Source: Pseudomonadota bacterium
GTDB lineage: Bacteria; Bdellovibrionota; UBA1018
Direction of reading: 5' to 3'
Assembly (NCBI GenBank): GCA_027485695.1
Contig: JAIXQO010000002.1
Location: 602,006-666,005, forward strand
Length of the DNA: 64,000 bases
The translations under genes were made by a program, and so were the position numbers. Of this stretch, positions 58,650 through 64,000 are shown piece after piece. The notes beneath the pieces are model-generated. The model was not told where the DNA came from. It ran no database searches and saw nothing but the letters and a program-made list of their open reading frames with translations. Within the stretch, counting starts at the first letter, position 1, and each line of letters begins with the position of its first letter.

Positions 58650-58758
58650 TTTAGTGTGAAAGAATGGTCAAAGAGGAAATTCACCCCACTCCTCCAAAGC
58701 CGACGGCGGATTCCGATCGATAGAATCGCCTGACGACCGCCACTACCAGGAGACAAAT

Positions 58759-59310
58759 ATGAAAATCAATTTAGCCTCTCAAGTTCGTTTAGAAAAAAAG
58801 AAACCCATTCGCATGAATCAGACTCAAAAAAAAGAAATCACCGATGCGATCAAAGAGGATCATCATGATCTCAAGAAATTCATCAAAGTCATGACAGACC
58901 AAGACGCCAAACAAGACGAAAAGAAGCAAGCTTTCTTGATGTTCGCCGATCTGTTGAAGTCTCACGCTGGTTCAGAAGAGAAGGCTTTGTACGAAAAGGC
59001 GCTCAAATCCCCGAAATTGAGTTTCCGAAGCCACGAGGGATACATCGAACACAAAGTGGCCGATCTCCTCATGAAAACAGCAAAAGAAGACCGGATCTCC
59101 GAACGCTGGGAAGCCGAGATCAAGGTCTTGGGCGAACTCGTTAAACATCACATCAAAGAGGAAGAATCCGATTTTTTGCCGAAGATCAAAAAGACGTTCG
59201 ACAAAGACGAACGGCTCGCTATGGGCGCGGAATTCCTCAAGCTTCGTGAAGAATCTCAAATCGGGATCTCCGAAAAAAACGCCGGAGCACTATCCGAATC
59301 CCTACACTGA
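58759..59310 (+). CDS. hemerythrin-domain protein
   Basis: DH, H...EE..LY, EH, HH..EEE..LP. Confidence 0.85.
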   Translation: MKINLASQVRLEKKKPIRMNQTQKKEITDAIKEDHHDLKKFIKVMTDQDAKQDEKKQAFLMFADLLKSHAGSEEKALYEKALKSPKLSFRSHEGYIEHKVADLLMKTAKEDRISERWEAEIKVLGELVKHHIKEEESDFLPKIKKTFDKDERLAMGAEFLKLREESQIGISEKNAGALSESLH

Positions 59311-59342
59311 GCAAATCCCTTCGATATTTCCTCCCAAAAAAA

Positions 59343-59379
59343 CAAAAAGCCCAGCATCCTCACGGACCTGGGCTTTTTG
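59343..59379. terminator. bidirectional intrinsic terminator
   Basis: CAAAAAGCCCAG...CTGGGCTTTTTG between convergent genes. Confidence 0.8.
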
Positions 59380-59400
59380 CATTTCTCGATCGAACGAAAA

Positions 59401-60150
59401 CTAGAGCTGCGCGACTCCGCCATCGACGGCGATGTTGGATCCGACGATGAATGATGAGTCGCTCGACGCCAAGAACAAGACCGTTCTTGCGATTTCAAGC
59501 GTGGTTCCGAGTCGTTTGAGAGGAACCATCTGAGCCATGCCCGCTTGCATTTCTTTGGTCTGCTCGGGGGTTCCGCCCATCCGGCTAAAAATCGGCGTTT
59601 CGATCGGTCCAGGGCTCAGTGTGTTGACGCGGATGTTTTTCGACATGAGATCCGTAGACAAGGTTTTAGCCAAGTTTACGACCGCGGCCTTAGTCGCGCT
59701 ATATACCGATGCGGCTGCGAAACCTTTGTCCGCGACGACCGATCCATTGAGTACGATCGAGCCGCCGTTCTTGAAGAGAGGTGCGATTTTCTGAACGAGG
59801 AACAGAGGACCCTTGACGTTCGTGTTAAAAGTATCGTCGAAGTGTTTCTCAGTCAGTTCCTCGAGAGGTACAAAATGCGCGATGCCAGCGTTGATGAACG
59901 CCGCATCTAAGTGGCCCCACTCTTTTTTGATTTGATCCGCAAGGATCGCGATGTCCTTCAGGCTTCCGGAATCGCTGACGGCCATTTTGGCTCGAGGGCC
60001 GAGCTCCTTGACGGCGGCTTCTAGGGTCTCTTTGTTTCGACCCGTAATGAAAACTTCGGCGCCTTCACGAACGAATTCTTTTGCCGTTTCCAAACCCATT
60101 CCGCTGTTACCACCGGTGACCAAGACTTTTTTACCAATGAATCTGCTCAT
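59401..60150 (-). CDS. short-chain dehydrogenase/reductase
   Basis: TGGNSGMG, NAG, YSATK, RVN..SPG; start MSRFIG at 60150. Confidence 0.93.
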   Translation of the reverse strand: MSRFIGKKVLVTGGNSGMGLETAKEFVREGAEVFITGRNKETLEAAVKELGPRAKMAVSDSGSLKDIAILADQIKKEWGHLDAAFINAGIAHFVPLEELTEKHFDDTFNTNVKGPLFLVQKIAPLFKNGGSIVLNGSVVADKGFAAASVYSATKAAVVNLAKTLSTDLMSKNIRVNTLSPGPIETPIFSRMGGTPEQTKEMQAGMAQMVPLKRLGTTLEIARTVLFLASSDSSFIVGSNIAVDGGVAQL

Positions 60151-60288
60151 ATAAGATCTCCTGACGAATAATGTATTCGCTATAGATACATTATTATTCC
60201 CACCCGCACGTAAATGCAATAGTGAAAAATACAATTCATTTGAATTTCGCTAGATACCGGATATATTTAGGAAATCTAAGGAGGCCCC

Positions 60289-60702
60289 ATGGTAGACACT
60301 CGATTCCCTGTATCACTTCACATCATGACGGGCCTTGCGAACCATCACCCAGACCTCGTGAACTCCGAACAGCTCGCCAAGAGTATTCAGACGAACCCAA
60401 GTTTCATTCGCAAAATCGTCGTGAGCTTGTCTGCTGCGGGACTCGTCGAGTCCGTGCGCGGTAAGACGGGTGGTATTCGACTCGCCAAAAAAGCAAAAGA
60501 CATCACGCTCGATCAGATCTATCGAGCCGTGACAGATACTACGCTCCTCGCCCTGCCGAAGAAAACTCCCAACAAGACTTGTGCGATCGCGTGCGGAATT
60601 GGAAACGTGCTTTGTCAGCTCACCCGCGAAGTCGAAGACAACGCCCTGAAACAGCTGTCTAAAAAAACCCTGCAAGACGTTTTGAATCAGGTGATGGCCT
60701 AA
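60289..60702 (+). CDS. Rrf2 family regulator
   Basis: SE.LA.SI.TNP..IRK, AGLV.S.RG..GG..LA. Confidence 0.92.
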   Translation: MVDTRFPVSLHIMTGLANHHPDLVNSEQLAKSIQTNPSFIRKIVVSLSAAGLVESVRGKTGGIRLAKKAKDITLDQIYRAVTDTTLLALPKKTPNKTCAIACGIGNVLCQLTREVEDNALKQLSKKTLQDVLNQVMA

Positions 60703-60711
60703 ACTCAAAAA

Positions 60712-61824
60712 ATGCCGTCCACATTCTTAAATCCATTTCAATCCCCCCTCATTCTTGAACGCTATCCCGTTCGTGCGAGGGAACTGCTTCAGGCTTGGGA
60801 TAGTGCTGATGAACTGATTCTTGAACACCTTTCCACTCAAGAACTCAGCGGAAAAAGAATCCTCATCCTCAATGACTCATTTGGCGCACTAAGCGCTGCT
60901 CTTCAAAATTTTGACATCACTTCCTATAGCGACTCTTTCGTTTCCTCGCAGGCATTGAAACAAAATACGTCCGGAAAAATTAGGTCCATTCATCTGCTCT
61001 CCGAACTCGAGGGAACGTATGATTGGGTACTGATTCGTATTCCCAAGAACCTGTCATTTTTTGAGGACGAGCTCTGTCACTTAAGTGCCCATCTAAATAC
61101 TGAATCAAAAATCGTCTGTGGTTACATGCTGAAGCATCAGGCCAATTCGAGTTTTGATCTGCTCAACAAGATCATCGGTACAACGACCACCAGCCTTGCC
61201 AAGAAGAAGGCGCGATTGATTTTTTGCGGGTTTGATCGAGGTCTGAGAGCCTCTCCCTATCCGCTCGCAGTTTCACTCGACGGTTTCGAGAAAAAATTCA
61301 TCAATCATTCTAACGTCTTCAGTCGAGAGAAACTTGATATTGGGACTCGCTTTTTCTTGGATCACACCACAAGCGACATCTTAGACGTCCACTCCATCCT
61401 CGATCTTGGCTGCGGAAACGGCGCCCTGGGGATTCACGCCCATCGCTTGAATCCAAACACTCATATTACCTTTGCGGATGAATCCTCTATGGCTATTGAA
61501 AGTGCCCGAGCGAATTTCACCGCTCATTTCGGCGATGCTGCAAACGTTCACTATCAGTGGACAAATAGTTTCGAAGATGGAGAAATCGATTCTCAAGATC
61601 TCGTTTTGTGCAACCCGCCGTTTCATCAAGGAACCACGGTCGGGGATTTTATCGCACATCAAATGTTCAACGACGCGAAACGGGTTCTTAGAAAAAATGG
61701 ACGTCTACGCGTGATCGGAAATACTGGGCTAGGATACCCAAAAATACTCGCGAACCTATTTGGAAAAAAACCGGAGATCGTCGCGCAGAACTCGAAATTT
61801 ACTATCGTGGATGTGTTTCGGTGA
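60712..61824 (+). CDS. rlmG: 23S rRNA m2G1835 methyltransferase-like
   Basis: LQAWD.ADE, NDSFGAL, SLAKKKARL, NVFSR..LDIGTR, DLGCGNG, CNPPFHQ. Confidence 0.9.
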   Translation: MPSTFLNPFQSPLILERYPVRARELLQAWDSADELILEHLSTQELSGKRILILNDSFGALSAALQNFDITSYSDSFVSSQALKQNTSGKIRSIHLLSELEGTYDWVLIRIPKNLSFFEDELCHLSAHLNTESKIVCGYMLKHQANSSFDLLNKIIGTTTTSLAKKKARLIFCGFDRGLRASPYPLAVSLDGFEKKFINHSNVFSREKLDIGTRFFLDHTTSDILDVHSILDLGCGNGALGIHAHRLNPNTHITFADESSMAIESARANFTAHFGDAANVHYQWTNSFEDGEIDSQDLVLCNPPFHQGTTVGDFIAHQMFNDAKRVLRKNGRLRVIGNTGLGYPKILANLFGKKPEIVAQNSKFTIVDVFR

Positions 61825-61857
61825 TATTGATGAACACGAATCGCTGAGCGCTTGTCC

Positions 61858-61887
61858 TTGCATAAACGCCCCATGAGACGCTAAGTT
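61858..61887 (+). promoter_or_regulatory. putative sigma70 promoter for the ribozyme transcript
   Basis: TTGCAT-N18-TAAGTT ending about 15 nt upstream of the cleavage site. Confidence 0.4.
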
Positions 61888-61901
61888 CTGCTAGCGACCA
61901 T

Positions 61902-62039
61902 AGCGCCAGACCTGAAAATTGCAGTCAGGTGACGAGGTCAGGGTTTATCGAAATTTTCGGCGGATACCCTGAAGGCTGTTTCGGCCTTTAAGTAGAGTCT
62001 CAAAATCCGATAGTGATGTCGGAGACAAAGAGTCTACAG
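61902..62039 (+). ncRNA. glmS ribozyme (glucosamine-6-phosphate-activated self-cleaving riboswitch)
   Basis: A|GCGCC cleavage motif; P1 ACCUGA/UCAGGU; GACGAGG; P2 UCAGGGU/ACCCUGA enclosing UUAUCGAAAUUUUCGGCGGAU; P3 AAGGC/GCCUU; P4 GUAGA/UCUAC with UCCGAUA-GUGA-UGUCGGA GNRA hairpin and GACAAAG; P3.1 CUGU/ACAG. Confidence 0.92.
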
Positions 62040-62183
62040 AGATAAAGACTTCCTCAGTCTTTCGATACTTTCATTTCAAATGCTCGCCATTGGAAACCCT
62101 GCAAATCCACTTGCACTCGTTAAACGAGGCAATGCGTATAGCATTGTTTTGTCTAGGAGCGCAGTTTTTGAAAGAGAGAGCAA

Positions 62184-62828
62184 ATGAAAGCGAAATTTGT
62201 CGTATTTGACTGTGATGGGGTCCTCGTAGACAGCGAAATCATCGCTAATCGCTTAGAAGCGGAAGTCAAAACCCAGCTTGGATTTCCCACCACCACCGAA
62301 GAGCAAATCAGAAAATTCGTCGGCATGGGCGTCAACAGCGAAGCCGTCCAAGACGAGATCAGACGGCTCCCCTCCCACTATCTAGAAACCGTCGACGCTA
62401 AAATCCACGAAGCATTCAAAACAGAACTGCTTGCCATCGCCGGAGTTCGAGACACTCTAGCAAAAATCCCAAATCCCAAGTGCGTGGCGTCCAGCAGTCA
62501 TCCATTCTGGCTACGGCACAAATTAGAGGTCACCCAGATCGATCATTTTTTTAGGGATGCCGTCTTTAGCGGCCACGAGGTGAAGCACGGCAAGCCCGCT
62601 CCTGATCTGTTTCTATACGCGGCTCAAAAAATGGGATGGGACCCGAAAGACTGCGTCGTCATCGAAGATAGCGTCGCAGGCGTGCTCGCGGGAAAAGAAG
62701 CAGGAATGAATGTCTGCGGTTTCCTTGGTGGGAGCCACATTCTTGATGGTCATTCCGAACAGCTTCTCGAGGCGGGAGCCGACCACCTCCTCTCGGAGTT
62801 TGCCGAAATACGCAGATTTTTGAGCTAG
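62184..62828 (+). CDS. HAD-superfamily IA phosphatase (YieH/beta-PGM-like)
   Basis: FDCDGVLVDSE motif I, VASSS motif II, KPAPD..L motif III, IEDS..G motif IV. Confidence 0.92.
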   Translation: MKAKFVVFDCDGVLVDSEIIANRLEAEVKTQLGFPTTTEEQIRKFVGMGVNSEAVQDEIRRLPSHYLETVDAKIHEAFKTELLAIAGVRDTLAKIPNPKCVASSSHPFWLRHKLEVTQIDHFFRDAVFSGHEVKHGKPAPDLFLYAAQKMGWDPKDCVVIEDSVAGVLAGKEAGMNVCGFLGGSHILDGHSEQLLEAGADHLLSEFAEIRRFLS

Positions 62829-62882
62829 TTTGTAACGACACAACAAGACTACGAGATCGTCAAATCTTCGCGCTCCTTTTTT

Positions 62883-62919
62883 AACTAATATTTTAGTTGT
62901 TAACTACTAAGACCTTAGT
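62883..62919. promoter_or_regulatory. tandem palindromic operators, probably for BlaI
   Basis: AACTAA-TATT-TTAGTT and ACTAA-GACC-TTAGT directly upstream of the BlaI-family gene. Confidence 0.7.
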
Positions 62920-62942
62920 TAGTCTTTCCTTATGGGGACCTC

Positions 62943-63344
62943 ATGAAGAAAACGAAAACCAAAGAAGCCGAAAGCAAACTACTCACTGAAACCGAACTCG
63001 AGCTCATGACGATCCTCTGGAAACTCGAAGAAGGATCGGTTTCAGAGGTGATGGAGCACCTATCTCCAGACCGAGACCTCGCCTACACATCCGTCTCAAC
63101 GATCTTACGAATCTTAGAGCAGAAGCGCGTTCTGAAAACCCGCAAAGAAGGTCGCGGTCACGTCTACATACCTTTGCTCAAAAAGTCCGACTACGAAGCC
63201 AAGACCGTCAAGCACGTGGTGGACCGCGTTTTCGACGGCACGCCCGTTGCCCTCGTACGTCAACTTCTGAATAGCGTTGAATTGAACGAAAAAGATCTCG
63301 AGGCATTAAAAGACCTCATCAATAATGCCGGAGGTCGCAAGTGA
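62943..63344 (+). CDS. BlaI/MecI/CopY family repressor
   Basis: LT..ELELM.ILW, LAYTSVST.L..LE.K, F.G....LV..L. Confidence 0.93.
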   Translation: MKKTKTKEAESKLLTETELELMTILWKLEEGSVSEVMEHLSPDRDLAYTSVSTILRILEQKRVLKTRKEGRGHVYIPLLKKSDYEAKTVKHVVDRVFDGTPVALVRQLLNSVELNEKDLEALKDLINNAGGRK

Positions 63345-64000
63345 CCCTCGCCCAATCTTTGTCGACCTATCTCAATTTGAACCTTTTGTTGATCGTTGGC
63401 TTTTTGGGACTTCGTCTGTTTTCACTCACTCTGAGTCGCAGGGGATTACGGCTCCAAGCAGGAGTCGAACTCAGACTCCACTACACAGTGTTTCTGGTCA
63501 TACTCGGGCTCACGGCAATTCACCCGATGCTTCCTCGCAATCAAGTATTCTCCCCGGCGGCCAAGGTATGGGCAGCTCAATCGATCAAAAGCTTTGCGCA
63601 AGACTATACCATGCCTGACCAAGGCGGATATCTCAGTCTGCCAACTCCACGAGGAACATCAACGGTTCAAGCGGACCGAATCGCTACTCTCGGGCTGACT
63701 CTTGGAATCATTCTATTCATCTTAGGCGCCTTCTTTATCTCAAGAGATCTGCACACTTTATTCAAAACCAAACGTCGATCTTTCTTAGTGCGAAAGATCG
63801 GCAGGGTTCGAATCCTGGTCAACGACCAGATTCACGTGCCGTTCTCCTACTGGCTACCTGGCCAAGCAAATATCGTGGTCCCTACCGTCCTCATCGCTCG
63901 GACTACGGACTACCAGATGGCCATTGCACATGAACTTCAGCACCATCGGCACGGAGATACTCGCTGGGTGTACGCTATTTGGGGTTTGAAGTGGATCTGT
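63341..64000 (+). CDS. BlaR1-like M56 metallopeptidase, 3'-truncated by the window edge
   Basis: GTG at 63341 overlaps the repressor stop; TM segments; VPFSYW...IVVP; AHELQH..HGD. Confidence 0.85.
   Translation, partial: MTLAQSLSTYLNLNLLLIVGFLGLRLFSLTLSRRGLRLQAGVELRLHYTVFLVILGLTAIHPMLPRNQVFSPAAKVWAAQSIKSFAQDYTMPDQGGYLSLPTPRGTSTVQADRIATLGLTLGIILFILGAFFISRDLHTLFKTKRRSFLVRKIGRVRILVNDQIHVPFSYWLPGQANIVVPTVLIARTTDYQMAIAHELQHHRHGDTRWVYAIWGLKWIC

Noticed and set aside
58581-58758. NAD+ riboswitch for pnuC, or c-di-GMP riboswitch before the hemerythrin gene
   Set aside because: pnuC appears leaderless; the CAAAGCC and hairpin lack the GCAAAC/GNRA architecture of the c-di-GMP-I motif
1-64000. CRISPR arrays, tRNA/rRNA genes, transposases, integrases, prophage genes
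   Set aside because: None recognised by eye; intergenic gaps are short and show no periodic repeats

Overview
64 kb of ordinary, gene-dense bacterial chromosome (moderate GC). Gene content (LPS heptose genes, many orphan lipoproteins and secreted proteins, sigma54-type promoters) points to a Gram-negative organism, tentatively Bdellovibrionota/Oligoflexia-like (inference). No rRNA, tRNA, CRISPR array, transposase or prophage was recognised. The first 17 kb is housekeeping (miaA, PEP-synthase/PPDK regulatory protein, ilvE, heptose kinase, GT9, cmk, hisC, queC, rimI, thrS). The rest mixes metabolism, DNA repair and small regulator modules (psd, ung, ndh, fadE, selO, NCS2 permease, pirin, ArsR/TetR/Rrf2 modules, pnuC-nadR, rlmG, blaI-blaR1). 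The standout is a complete, canonical-looking glmS ribozyme (61902-62039) with a plausible promoter just upstream. It precedes a HAD-family phosphatase rather than glmS, which suggests a repurposed and possibly inverted (ON) GlcN6P-sensing circuit. Secondary oddities: a 107-bp structured inverted-repeat element, a pair of paralogous Cys-rich secreted proteins, an M48-peptidase/TerB fusion, a triplet of paralogous lipoproteins, and several apparently catalytically dead enzyme domains. All calls come from reading the sequence by eye; no database searches were run.
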